NCBI GenBank assembly: GCA_035718045.1
Contig: DASTHV010000021.1
Coordinates: 1 to 33,649 of the forward strand
Length of the DNA stretch: 33,649 nt
Direction of reading: 5' to 3'
From: Candidatus Saccharimonadales bacterium
GTDB lineage: Bacteria; Patescibacteriota; Saccharimonadia; Saccharimonadales; UBA10212
The translations under genes were made by a program, and so were the position numbers. Below, one piece after another: positions 8,578-17,266 of the stretch. Below the pieces are notes generated by a model. The model was not told the origin of the DNA, searched no databases, and was given only the letters and a program-made list of their open reading frames with translations. Positions within the stretch are counted from its first letter, which is position 1, and each line of letters starts with the position of its first letter.

Positions 8578-10500
8578 CTATTTATCTTTCTGGTCTTTGT
8601 CGTTGACGACTTCGCCCTCAATCGGATCGTCTTTGTCGGATTTCTTTTTCTCGTCGCTTTCAGCTTTTGGCTTTTCGCTTTCAGCTGAGGCGTCTTTAGA
8701 TGCCGCTTCGTACATCTTGGCTCCAACCGGCATGATTTTATCGCTTAGTTCTTTGGCGGCTTTTTCCAGCTCGTCTTTGTCGGTTGCTTCTAGGTGGCCT
8801 TTGGCTTCATTGACAGCCTCGTCTAAGATCTTTTGGTCATCTTCGGATAGCTTATCCTTGTAGTCGGTCTTCATCTTCTCAGCCTGGTAAACAGCGTTTT
8901 GCAGTGTGTTTTGGGCTTCAACCGTATCGCGTTTTTTCTTGTCTTCTTCGGCGTGGGCTTCGGCTTCTTTGGCGGCTTTTTCAACCTCTTCTTTGTTGAG
9001 ATTTCCGCTACCTTGAATGGTGATGCTTTGTTCCTTACCGGTGCCCTTGTCTTTAGCGGTGACATTTAGGATTCCATTGGCATCGATATTAAAAGTAACT
9101 TCTATCTGCGGGACGCCGCGCGGCGCCGGCGGAATGCCGTCCAGCACGAACCGGCCTAGCGACTTGTTGTCTGCGCTCATCTCTCGCTCACCCTGCAGAA
9201 CGTGAATTTCCACGCTGTTTTGGTTGTCGGCGGCCGTAGAAAAGACTTCGTTCTTACTGGTAGGAATAGTGGTATTACGCTCTATCAGCTTCGTTGTGAC
9301 GCCGCCCAAGGTTTCAATGCCTAGGCTTAGCGGCGTGACGTCCAAAAGCAAAACGTCTTTGACATCGCCCTGCAGCACGCCGGCCTGAATAGCAGCACCG
9401 ACGGCTACGACCTCGTCTGGGTTTACACCCTGCAGAGGATCTTTATCAAATACCTGCTTAACTTTATCGATTACGGCCGGCATACGAGTCATGCCGCCCA
9501 CCAGGACGATTTCATTGACATCTTTCGGTTCCAGCTTGGCGTCTTTAAGCGCTTTTTTGACCGGATCTGCGGTCTTATCAATCAACTCTTGGACCAGCTC
9601 GACCAGCTTGGCGCGGGTCAATTTATACTCAAAGTGCTTGGGGCCTTCGGCATCGGCTGTCAAGAACGGCAAGTTGACGTCCGCTACTTCTGTGCTGGAA
9701 AGTTCTTTTTTGGCCTTTTCGGCTTCTTCTTTAAGCCGCTGCATAGCCGCCTTGTCTTCTTTGACGTCGATACCGGTCTCTTTCTTGAATTGCTCCACGA
9801 AGTGATTGACGATACGCATGTCAAAATCTTCGCCGCCCAGGTGGGTGTCGCCATTAGTGCTTAAGACTTCAAATACGCCGTCGCCTAACTGCAGGATGGA
9901 AATATCAAAAGTGCCGCCGCCCAGGTCAAATACAGCGATCTTTTCTTCTTTACCTTTGTCCAATCCGTAGGCTAAAGCCGCCGCAGTGGGCTCGTTGATA
10001 ATCCGTTTGACTTCTAGTCCGGCGATTTTACCGGCGTCCTTGGTAGCCTGACGTTGGCTGTCATCAAAATAGGCCGGCACGGTAATCACGGCTTCGGTGA
10101 CCGGCTCGCCCAAAAAGGCCTCGGCGTCAGCTTTGAGTTTGCCTAAAATCATCGCACTGACTTCTTCGGGGCTATATCCTTTACCGGCCATTTCTACTTT
10201 TACGCCGGTTCCAGCCTTAACGATTTTATAGGGCATCAGTTCGATGTCGCGCTGGACCTCTTCATCCTCGAATTTGCGGCCAATCAGGCGCTTAACGCCA
10301 AAAATCGTGTTAGTCGGGTTAGTGACGCGCTGGCGATTGGCCACCTGGCCGACCAGCCGCTCATCGTTTTTATTAATCGCTACTACGCTAGGCGTGGTGC
10401 GATTGCCTTCGCTGTTGGCGATAATTTCCGGCTTGCCGGACTGCATCACCGCCATCGCGCTGTTAGTTGTTCCTAAATCGATTCCAATTATTCTTGCCAT
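8578..10500 (-). CDS. dnaK: Chaperone DnaK (Hsp70)
   Basis: [26 protein letters not shown] and [12 protein letters not shown]. It lacks the Gram-negative-type insertion ([14 protein letters not shown]). AAGGAG SD 8 nt upstream. Confidence 0.98.
   Translation of the reverse strand: MARIIGIDLGTTNSAMAVMQSGKPEIIANSEGNRTTPSVVAINKNDERLVGQVANRQRVTNPTNTIFGVKRLIGRKFEDEEVQRDIELMPYKIVKAGTGVKVEMAGKGYSPEEVSAMILGKLKADAEAFLGEPVTEAVITVPAYFDDSQRQATKDAGKIAGLEVKRIINEPTAAALAYGLDKGKEEKIAVFDLGGGTFDISILQLGDGVFEVLSTNGDTHLGGEDFDMRIVNHFVEQFKKETGIDVKEDKAAMQRLKEEAEKAKKELSSTEVADVNLPFLTADAEGPKHFEYKLTRAKLVELVQELIDKTADPVKKALKDAKLEPKDVNEIVLVGGMTRMPAVIDKVKQVFDKDPLQGVNPDEVVAVGAAIQAGVLQGDVKDVLLLDVTPLSLGIETLGGVTTKLIERNTTIPTSKNEVFSTAADNQNSVEIHVLQGEREMSADNKSLGRFVLDGIPPAPRGVPQIEVTFNIDANGILNVTAKDKGTGKEQSITIQGSGNLNKEEVEKAAKEAEAHAEEDKKKRDTVEAQNTLQNAVYQAEKMKTDYKDKLSEDDQKILDEAVNEAKGHLEATDKDELEKAAKELSDKIMPVGAKMYEAASKDASAESEKPKAESDEKKKSDKDDPIEGEVVNDKDQKDK
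8655..8689. repeat. 7-nt-period array CGCTTTC AGCTTTT GGCTTTT CGCTTTC AGCTGAG in the dnaK 3' tail
   Basis: Read directly. On the coding strand these are GAAAGCG/AAAAGCC/AAAAGCT/GAAAGCG units encoding ...[16 protein letters not shown]... Confidence 0.75.
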
Positions 10501-10932
10501 CTATTGATCTCCTTCTTGCTTTTCTATTAATTCAGTTGCTTTAAGAAATTCTATCGAATGATCAACGAAATTACCCACATCCGGTGGGGTAATTCCTAGA
10601 CTCGGTCTCACTACTCCCCGGGCTTCAAGCGCGTTAAGTGTAGCATCGAGCATCTTTACCACACCGGTCGGGTCGATTTTTACTTCATATTCTCCGGTGG
10701 ATTCGGCAGAAGTAGCTGTTTCGTTAGTGACATGACCAAACACTTGTTCAGTAATGCCTTCTATGGCATCGTGGCGACCCATGGCTATGCGGTGGGCAAA
10801 ATCTGAGTCCTCGCGATCCGCGCCTGCATCTCGGGCGCGTCTTAAAAGCTCGTCGGCCATATCACTCTCACTTATAGGATCTTCATCCTCTGGATCTACC
10901 CATGGATCCCCGCCTGCTGATTCTCTTCCCAT
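10501..10932 (-). CDS. Acidic hypothetical protein (143 aa) inserted between grpE and dnaK
   Basis: Starts 2 nt after the grpE stop (AAGGGG SD), and its stop abuts the dnaK ATG. D/E-rich N-terminal half. No family recognised. Confidence 0.6.
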   Translation of the reverse strand: MGRESAGGDPWVDPEDEDPISESDMADELLRRARDAGADREDSDFAHRIAMGRHDAIEGITEQVFGHVTNETATSAESTGEYEVKIDPTGVVKMLDATLNALEARGVVRPSLGITPPDVGNFVDHSIEFLKATELIEKQEGDQ

Positions 10933-10934
10933 AC

Positions 10935-11402
10935 TTACCCCTTTTTCTCCATTTTTACCTTAACCATCGCGTGGCGAAGTACCTCATCGCCTAGCATGTA
11001 GCCGGGTTGAAGTTCCTCGCAAACAACTTCAATGCTACCCTCGCCCTCCTCCATATGCACTGCCTCGTGCAGTCTAGGGTCAAAAACTTCACCAACGGTT
11101 TTGATGCGTTTGACCCCAAGCTGCGCAAAGCACTGCTCGAACTGTTTAAGTATCGATTGCACGCCTTTAACATAGTTATGATCTTTTAGGTCTTTTGGAA
11201 TATGCCGGAAGGCGCGTTCCAGGTTATCTAAGGCTGGCAGGAGCTCTTGTAACACCATCGCCTTGTAAAACTCGGACATCTTGCCGCGCTCTTCTTCAGT
11301 ACGGCGGCGCAGATTAACGGCGTCGGCCCGCTCGCGCTGCAGCGCCTCGGTCAGTTCGGTAACTTTCTGTTCTAAATCTTTAATAGTCGGCTTTTTAGTC
11401 AT
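10935..11402 (-). CDS. grpE: Nucleotide exchange factor GrpE
   Basis: N-terminal coiled coil (LEQKVTELTEALQRERADAVNLRRR), then LLPALDNLERA and a C-terminal beta domain (FDPRLHEAV...GYMLGDEVLRHAMVKV). Confidence 0.9.
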   Translation of the reverse strand: MTKKPTIKDLEQKVTELTEALQRERADAVNLRRRTEEERGKMSEFYKAMVLQELLPALDNLERAFRHIPKDLKDHNYVKGVQSILKQFEQCFAQLGVKRIKTVGEVFDPRLHEAVHMEEGEGSIEVVCEELQPGYMLGDEVLRHAMVKVKMEKKG

Positions 11403-11628
11403 CGTCTACTTCTAAATGTATCCTTGAATTTTCATTAAGATATTCTTGCACCGCAGTATTTAACTGATAGGGCTGCTCAACACCAAACGCGTAGAGGTAG
11501 GTGTTGAACAAATCATTTACCGCTCGAGCCTGGGCCATGATTTGCGGATCGTCGCCCCATACGGTGTAAAAAGCCGGGGTAAAATGTTTGTAAGCAGGGG
11601 ACTGGTGCTGGGTTAATTCGCTAGACAT
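11395..11628 (-). CDS. Hypothetical protein (77 aa) inserted between hrcA and grpE
   Basis: 8-nt overlaps on both sides (ATGTCTAG with the hrcA stop, ATGACTAA with the grpE start). No family recognised. Confidence 0.5.
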   Translation of the reverse strand: MSSELTQHQSPAYKHFTPAFYTVWGDDPQIMAQARAVNDLFNTYLYAFGVEQPYQLNTAVQEYLNENSRIHLEVDDD

Positions 11629-12343
11629 ACAGGGTTTCCTCCAGGGCTTTGCCGGCGCGGCCGACCAGGCTCATGACATCCCGGTAGCTTTGGCGGGTCG
11701 GTCCTAATACGCCGATATAGCTGCGGTCACTGAACGGACTGCTAAAGCGACTGATAATCAAACTGGCGCCGGCGCTGCGCCCGATAGGATTTTCTTGGCC
11801 GATGTAGACGCTAAGCGGTTTGTTGGGCGCGGCCTCGTATAGCCAGGGCCGAAGGTTATCCAAAAGGCGAGCTATCTCTTTGACTTGACCAGGGTGCACG
11901 AATTCCGGCTGGCCGAACAGGTTGGATAGCCCGCTCATATAAAGTTGAGGCCCGATAGTAGCCAGACCTAGGTTGTGAGTCAACTCCACCAGCGTATCGA
12001 CGGTGTTTCTAATGACATGTTCCGGCACTCCACCATCTGCAATGCGCCTTTCCAGTGCTCTTGAAGCTCCGGTTTCGACTTTCGACTTTCGACTTTCGAC
12101 TTTCGACTCTACGTTAACGATCTCGTTAACGTAGTACCGATAACCCTTATCGGTAGGAACGCGGCCAGCGCTGGTATGAGGGTGCGTAATATAACCGGTT
12201 CGCTCCAGCTCGGCCATTTCGGCGCGAACAGTAGCGCTGGATACTTCAAAAACTCTGGCCAATAAACTACTGCCCACCGGGCTGGCTACTTCGGCGTATT
12301 GTTCTACGATCGCCTGCAAAATTTTGGCTTGCCTATCAGTCAT
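11621..12343 (-). CDS. hrcA: Heat-inducible transcription repressor HrcA (short, 240 aa)
   Basis: N-terminal wHTH (RQAKILQAIVEQY...PVGS..LA......SSATVRAEMAELE..GYI.HPHTSAGRVPTDKGYRYYV) and C-terminal GVLGPTRQSYRDVMSLV. A CIRCE operator lies immediately upstream, and the gene sits at the head of grpE-dnaK-dnaJ. Confidence 0.85.
   Translation of the reverse strand: MTDRQAKILQAIVEQYAEVASPVGSSLLARVFEVSSATVRAEMAELERTGYITHPHTSAGRVPTDKGYRYYVNEIVNVESKVESRKSKVETGASRALERRIADGGVPEHVIRNTVDTLVELTHNLGLATIGPQLYMSGLSNLFGQPEFVHPGQVKEIARLLDNLRPWLYEAAPNKPLSVYIGQENPIGRSAGASLIISRFSSPFSDRSYIGVLGPTRQSYRDVMSLVGRAGKALEETLYV
12073..12107. repeat. Perfect heptanucleotide tandem repeat (TTTCGAC)5, (GTCGAAA)5 on the coding strand, inside hrcA
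   Basis: Read directly: ggTTTCGACTTTCGACTTTCGACTTTCGACTTTCGACtct. It encodes ...VESKVESRKSKVETG... in the linker after the wHTH. Confidence 0.95.
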
Positions 12344-12370
12344 TTAGCACTCCAATGCTCTGAGTGCTAG
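12344..12370 (-). promoter_or_regulatory. CIRCE operator (HrcA binding site)
   Basis: Reverse strand reads CTAGCACTC-agagcattg-GAGTGCTAA, directly abutting the hrcA ATG. It matches TTAGCACTC-N9-GAGTGCTAA at 17 of 18 arm positions. Confidence 0.9.
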
Positions 12371-12398
12371 TTTACCGGAGCTGGCGGAGCCGTGTCAA
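12369..12398 (-). promoter_or_regulatory. hrcA operon promoter TTGACA-N18-TAAACT
   Basis: Reverse strand has TTGACA (12398..12393), an 18-nt spacer and TAAACT (12374..12369), overlapping the left CIRCE arm. An extra TTAGCACTC half-site (12399..12407) lies just upstream of the -35. Confidence 0.6.
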
Positions 12399-12407
12399 GA
12401 GTGCTAA

Positions 12408-12977
12408 TTAAACTCCAGCGGCTTTTTCGATAGCCTCCACGGCTTCCTCTGGCCGATTATGAGCATTGATTATTACGTAATCAAAATGCTCTTTAAACTT
12501 TTGCTCCTTTTTAGCTAGTTTGAGGCGCTCTTGGATTTGTTCTTCTGTCTCAGCAGTTTCTGAACTTCGAGCCCGAATCCGGGACTCTAATACATCGTGG
12601 CTTTCTACATCAATATAGACCAATATAGCTCCGGGTATTCTTTGCTTGATTTTTAAAGAGCCATTAACATCTTTGCGCAGAATAATATCGCGTCCCCTAG
12701 AGAGTAAATCTTCAATCGGTTTGCGCAAGGTCCCATACCAATGACTGGCATGAAAGTCGGTCTCCAAAAAATCATTATTTTTCACCCACTTATCAAAAGT
12801 TGACTGGCCCACGAAGTAATAATCAACACCATTCACCTCGCCGGGACGCGGCTTTCGCGTAACCACAGAAGCTGGTTTTTCCCACTCAGGATGCTTTGTT
12901 AAAAATAGCTTGACCAATGTATCTTTGCCTACACCAGCGGAAGCGCCAGAAATAATCAGTAGTTTTCCCCGCTTCAT
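12408..12977 (-). CDS. gmk: Guanylate kinase
   Basis: P-loop SGASAGVGKDTL, a VTRKPRPGEVNGVDYYFV motif (TTRxPRxGExxGxDYxF type) and about 190 aa. ATGA overlap with the upstream paralogue. Confidence 0.8.
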   Translation of the reverse strand: MKRGKLLIISGASAGVGKDTLVKLFLTKHPEWEKPASVVTRKPRPGEVNGVDYYFVGQSTFDKWVKNNDFLETDFHASHWYGTLRKPIEDLLSRGRDIILRKDVNGSLKIKQRIPGAILVYIDVESHDVLESRIRARSSETAETEEQIQERLKLAKKEQKFKEHFDYVIINAHNRPEEAVEAIEKAAGV

Positions 12978-13672
12978 AGCAATTCAACTAGTTTCTTGTA
13001 ATTTTCTTTGGCGATTTGACGGGCTCTATTTTCGTCGGGCGGCGTTGTAGCTTGGCAAACCGCCTGTAGGCGAAGGGCGGCTTTATCCACCGTATCGTTA
13101 AGCACAAAATGGATTTTTTTATCCGACAAGGCGAATTCGTAGGATAGTTTGGCCTCGGCCAGCCGGCCCTTTTTCTGCTCGTCGCTCCAGTCACTGTCGT
13201 GGGCTTGATTATCAAGCCACTGCAGCCAGGTCTCATAGTTTTTAGGTACGATAAAAGCCGCTCTAAACGAGCCGACGGGTAGTTTGCGGAATTCTTTAAC
13301 AGCCGGCGGAATTAGGGCCAGCATGCCTACGCCCGCTTCGGGATAGCTGGTCAGCCGCGTGCAATACAGATCGTTATTCGGCCCTAAAGCTATCTGTACC
13401 AAATCACCCCTTTGTAAATCTTCTAGGATATCTTGGCTCCGGCGAAATCGAAAATCTACCCCTTGTTGCTCGTTTTTGCGTGGCACGCGACTAGTTTCAT
13501 CCAGCACAAAATGGGCATGCGGATATATCTCTGACAGCCGGTTCATCACTGTAGTCTTACCAGACGCCGAAGGCCCAACCGTGGCTAGCAGATTAATCTG
13601 CTTCATAGCCTCCAGCACGTCTTTATTGGGTTGGTAGCTACCCACCAGTTTTTTAAGACGGTCGTCGCTCAT
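12974..13672 (-). CDS. Guanylate-kinase-like P-loop protein (divergent paralogue, 232 aa)
   Basis: GPSASGKTTV P-loop and ETSRVPRKNEQQGVDFRFR (a degenerate GK substrate motif). C-terminal extension of unknown function. Confidence 0.55.
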   Translation of the reverse strand: MSDDRLKKLVGSYQPNKDVLEAMKQINLLATVGPSASGKTTVMNRLSEIYPHAHFVLDETSRVPRKNEQQGVDFRFRRSQDILEDLQRGDLVQIALGPNNDLYCTRLTSYPEAGVGMLALIPPAVKEFRKLPVGSFRAAFIVPKNYETWLQWLDNQAHDSDWSDEQKKGRLAEAKLSYEFALSDKKIHFVLNDTVDKAALRLQAVCQATTPPDENRARQIAKENYKKLVELL

Positions 13673-13689
13673 TAGTTTTTAGCCTATCA

Positions 13690-15564
13690 TTAATCTCTTT
13701 TAAGAAGAACAGCGAAGGCTTCGGCCGGTATATCAACCTTGCCAAAACGTTTCATACGCTCCTTGCCTTTTTTTTGTTTGGCCAGAACTTTCTTTTTGCG
13801 CGAAACGTCGCCTCCGTAAAGCCCCGTGGTTACGTCTTTGCGGTAAGCGCTGATATCTTCGCGGGCGATGAACTTCCCGCCGATAGCCACTTGCAAGGCG
13901 ACTTTGAATTGTTGGCGCGGAATAACTTCTTTTAACTTGCCGACGGCGCTTCGGGCGATTCGTTCCGCCTCGCTCCGGTGCACCATTACCGAAAGCGCAT
14001 CTACCCTGTCGCCGGCCACGTAAAAATCAAGCTTTACCAAATCTTCAGCCCGGTAGTCGGCCAGCTCATAATTAAAGGACCCGTAGCCGCTAGTTATGCT
14101 TTTTAGCTGGTCGTAAAAGTCGGTTAGTAGATTGGCCAGGGGCGCCTCAAAGTCGATAACCGCCAAGCGAGCATCCACGTATCCAATATGCTTTTGAACG
14201 CCGCGGGCGCCAACAATCAGATGTAAAACCGCGCCCACATAATCTACCGGCGCCACGACCTCTCCCTTGACCCATGGTTCTAGGATTTGCTGGATGTTAC
14301 TGACGTCGGGTAATTCGGCAGCCGATTTAATATCCAGAGTTTCACCGGATGTCAAAACGACTTGGTAGTCAGTTGACGGGTTGGTGACTATTAGCTCTAA
14401 GTCATATTCGCGCTCCAGCCGTTCGCGCACTATATCCATATGCAGCATGCCCAAAAAGCCTAGGCGGAAACCGAATCCCAGCACCGGCGAACTTTCGGGC
14501 GAATACCGCAATGACGAGTCGCTCATCGCCAGGCGCTCGACAGCGTCTTTTAAGGCTTGGTAGTTCTCGTTGCTTTCCGGGAAAAAGCCGGCATAGACAA
14601 ACGGCTGGACATTCTTATAACCAGGCAGGGGCTCCACGGACTTGTCCGAGGTGGTTACCGTGTCACCAACCCGGCCAGAGCGAGTAGTCTTAAGGTTGGT
14701 GACTATGTAGCCGATTTCACCGGCTTTTAGACCGGCGGCCGGAAGCATGTCGGGGCTCAATGAGCCCAGCTCCAGCGCGACACCATCGCTGCCGGCCGCC
14801 AGCATTTTAATAGTATCGTTTTTATTTATCTTTCCGTCGACTACTCGGGTATAAAGAATCACGCCTCTGTAATCATCGTAATATGAATCAAATATCAGAG
14901 CCCGGGCTGCGGATTCGGCTTTGCCGCGAGGGGCCGGAACCTCGCTAACGATTCTATCTAATAGCTTATCTACCCCTTGGCCGGTCTTAGCGCTGACCAG
15001 CAGCACGTCTTCCTGGCCACAGCCCAGCAGGCTGATTACTTCGGCTCTGACCCGCTCTACGTCGGCTGCCGGCAGATCGATCTTATTAAGCACGGGGATA
15101 ATTTTAAGGTCGGCTGCCAAGGCTAAATAAACGTTAGCTAGCGTCTGGGCCTGGATCCCCTGGCTAGCATCCACTACTAAAATCGCGCCTTCTACGGCCT
15201 CCAGGCTACGACTTACCTCGTAGCTGAAGTCCACGTGCCCCGGAGTATCAATGAGATTGAGTTCATACTCAATCTCCGTTTTCTGTTTTCCGTTTTCCAT
15301 GGGTGATGGATCATCGTGAACTGTAAACGTATCGTGAACGGATAATGGTGAACTGTTAATGGCCGTTCGGTATTTCATCCGAACGGGAGCCAGCTTAATA
15401 GTAATGCCGCGCTCCCGCTCCAGTTCCATACGATCTAAGACCTGATTTTTCATTTGGCGTTTTTCTACCGTGCCGGTCAACTCCAGCAGCCGATCCGCCA
15501 GCGTGCTTTTGCCGTGGTCAATATGAGCAATGATGCAAAAATTCCTAATATGCTCCTGATTCAC
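13690..15564 (-). CDS. lepA: Translation elongation factor 4 (LepA) with a lineage-specific insertion of about 27 aa in the G domain
   Basis: IRNFCIIAHIDHGKSTL, DTPGHVDF, NKIDL, LGFGFRLGFLGMLHMDIVRERLEREY and a C-terminal YGGDVSRKKKVLAKQKKGKERMK. Collinear with E. coli LepA apart from residues about 67-99. Confidence 0.97.
   Translation of the reverse strand: MNQEHIRNFCIIAHIDHGKSTLADRLLELTGTVEKRQMKNQVLDRMELERERGITIKLAPVRMKYRTAINSSPLSVHDTFTVHDDPSPMENGKQKTEIEYELNLIDTPGHVDFSYEVSRSLEAVEGAILVVDASQGIQAQTLANVYLALAADLKIIPVLNKIDLPAADVERVRAEVISLLGCGQEDVLLVSAKTGQGVDKLLDRIVSEVPAPRGKAESAARALIFDSYYDDYRGVILYTRVVDGKINKNDTIKMLAAGSDGVALELGSLSPDMLPAAGLKAGEIGYIVTNLKTTRSGRVGDTVTTSDKSVEPLPGYKNVQPFVYAGFFPESNENYQALKDAVERLAMSDSSLRYSPESSPVLGFGFRLGFLGMLHMDIVRERLEREYDLELIVTNPSTDYQVVLTSGETLDIKSAAELPDVSNIQQILEPWVKGEVVAPVDYVGAVLHLIVGARGVQKHIGYVDARLAVIDFEAPLANLLTDFYDQLKSITSGYGSFNYELADYRAEDLVKLDFYVAGDRVDALSVMVHRSEAERIARSAVGKLKEVIPRQQFKVALQVAIGGKFIAREDISAYRKDVTTGLYGGDVSRKKKVLAKQKKGKERMKRFGKVDIPAEAFAVLLKRD
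15277..15297. repeat. Heptamer repeat CGTTTTC TGTTTTC CGTTTTC (GAAAACG/GAAAACA/GAAAACG on the coding strand) inside the lepA insertion
   Basis: Read directly. It encodes MENGKQKTE. A 9-bp inverted repeat gagattgag-N6-ctcaatctc (15253..15276) lies next to it. Confidence 0.8.
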
Positions 15565-15610
15565 TCTAAGAAGTATAACAGAGGTAGCAGACTGACACGG
15601 TACGAAATCC

Positions 15611-17209
15611 TTATTGGATGCGGACAGGCTTCAGAACAAAAGCACGGAGCTTATTAATTACCGGACGGACTTCCTCCAGGCCAAATAATGATGATAACCC
15701 GACGTGCACAACGAAAGTAGGTATTATTATCGCCAGCAATTTTGAACCCAGGGTAAGAAAACCCCTGTCGCTGGTCGCCAACGGTATTAGGGTCACCATT
15801 ATGTAGGTCATCAAAATAGTAAAGCCGGTCACCGATAAAATCCTCAGTATGCCGCCCCAAAACTCAGTATCGAATAGCTTTGGGTCGCGCCACAACATCA
15901 CCAAGGTCAAGAATATGACCTCAAAGGCGGCCACCACTGATTGAGCAATGGCCAGGCCGGCGATTCCGTAGCCGCCATCGGCCAGCGGCCGGGCCAAAGT
16001 AAATGCTAAGAAAATGTTAAGACCAATGGCGAACAAAGAAACATACAGCGGCGTACGGGTGTCTTTCTGGGCATAAAAGTAACGCGAGATAATGGCATAG
16101 ATGGTTCTAAAGATAATCGCTCCAACCAGAAATTCCAAAATCAAAGCTATATCCGGCTGAATATTCTTATAAATCAGGCGGGCCAAATAAGCCCGCGTAA
16201 AGAACGTGACGACCGCCACCGGCATGATAATCCAAATCATCGCCCGCAAAACCATCAAAAAATCGCGGCGGAATAGGTCCGGCCGGCCTTGAGCCAAGCG
16301 GTTATTAAGCCGCGGAAAGGCCGCTGTGGAAATCGCCGTGCCCACCAGCAAAATCGGCGCCAAGTGCAGCGTGTAGGCGTTTTCATAAGAGGTAATAAAA
16401 CCGGAGCCCAGCGCGCTGGCCCGGTTGGTCTCCACGATTGAGTTAATCGAGTCGATACCCTGGTCGATGGACCGCGGTGGCAAGTTGCGCAAGATGCCAC
16501 GGAAATCGGCATTGTGAAAATTGATAGTCGGGGTATAGCGGAACCGCAGGCCTATCAGCCCCAACACTACAATCAATAGTTGGATGACCGCCCCGGCCAG
16601 AGCGCCGATGCCCAATCCCACCAGACCGATATTATCTTTAAATATATAAACACTGGCGATAATACTGCCGTTATAAATGATCGGTGCCAAGGCGTAAAAG
16701 AAAAATCGCCCGAAAGTCTGCTGCAAGCTTGTAAGAACACCAGAGATGGTGAACAGCAAGGGATTGAATGCCACCAGGCGCATTATCATGACGGCGTCGT
16801 GCATTTGGCCGGGGCTTAGATTATGCCCTACCACAATCCGCAGTAGCGGCTCGGTGAAGAACAAAAGTATCAGGCCGACTATGAACATCAGTATGCCCAG
16901 TAAATTCAAGAGCCCTGACGTCAGCTTCCAGACTGATTGGCGATCACCTTTTTCAAGCCTGTCGGCCAAAAAAGGCATAAAAGCTACGCCCAAGGCGCCG
17001 GCGGCTATCGTATAGAAGAAGAAGTCGGGGATTTTAAAGGCCGCAAAATAGGCGTCCGTGGTGATGTGGCCGACGCTGTTGAAGTTACCGTTAATCACCT
17101 GGGTGCGCATGAATCCCAGCAACTGACCGAATAAACCAGCCCCCACCAGCAAGAAGGCGGCGCTTGTTAAGGAAACTCGCCGGTTGGCACGGTTAAGCCA
17201 TTTTTGCAT
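15611..17209 (-). CDS. murJ: Lipid II flippase MurJ (MviN family)
   Basis: 532 aa with about 14 TM helices. N-terminal LGFMRTQVINGNF...YFAAFKIPDFFF pattern typical of MurJ/MviN. Confidence 0.85.
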   Translation of the reverse strand: MQKWLNRANRRVSLTSAAFLLVGAGLFGQLLGFMRTQVINGNFNSVGHITTDAYFAAFKIPDFFFYTIAAGALGVAFMPFLADRLEKGDRQSVWKLTSGLLNLLGILMFIVGLILLFFTEPLLRIVVGHNLSPGQMHDAVMIMRLVAFNPLLFTISGVLTSLQQTFGRFFFYALAPIIYNGSIIASVYIFKDNIGLVGLGIGALAGAVIQLLIVVLGLIGLRFRYTPTINFHNADFRGILRNLPPRSIDQGIDSINSIVETNRASALGSGFITSYENAYTLHLAPILLVGTAISTAAFPRLNNRLAQGRPDLFRRDFLMVLRAMIWIIMPVAVVTFFTRAYLARLIYKNIQPDIALILEFLVGAIIFRTIYAIISRYFYAQKDTRTPLYVSLFAIGLNIFLAFTLARPLADGGYGIAGLAIAQSVVAAFEVIFLTLVMLWRDPKLFDTEFWGGILRILSVTGFTILMTYIMVTLIPLATSDRGFLTLGSKLLAIIIPTFVVHVGLSSLFGLEEVRPVINKLRAFVLKPVRIQ

Positions 17210-17266
17210 GCTCTAACTAGTATAAAGCCTTGCGGCTAGAGCTTAAAGTTAAAATATGCCCACCCA

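Noticed and set aside
12073-12107. Heptamer arrays (here and at 8655, 15277, 21033 and 22400) considered as CRISPR or CRISPR-like arrays
   Set aside because: The units are 7 nt with no spacers, and most lie inside ORFs. This is simple tandem-repeat structure, not repeat-spacer architecture.
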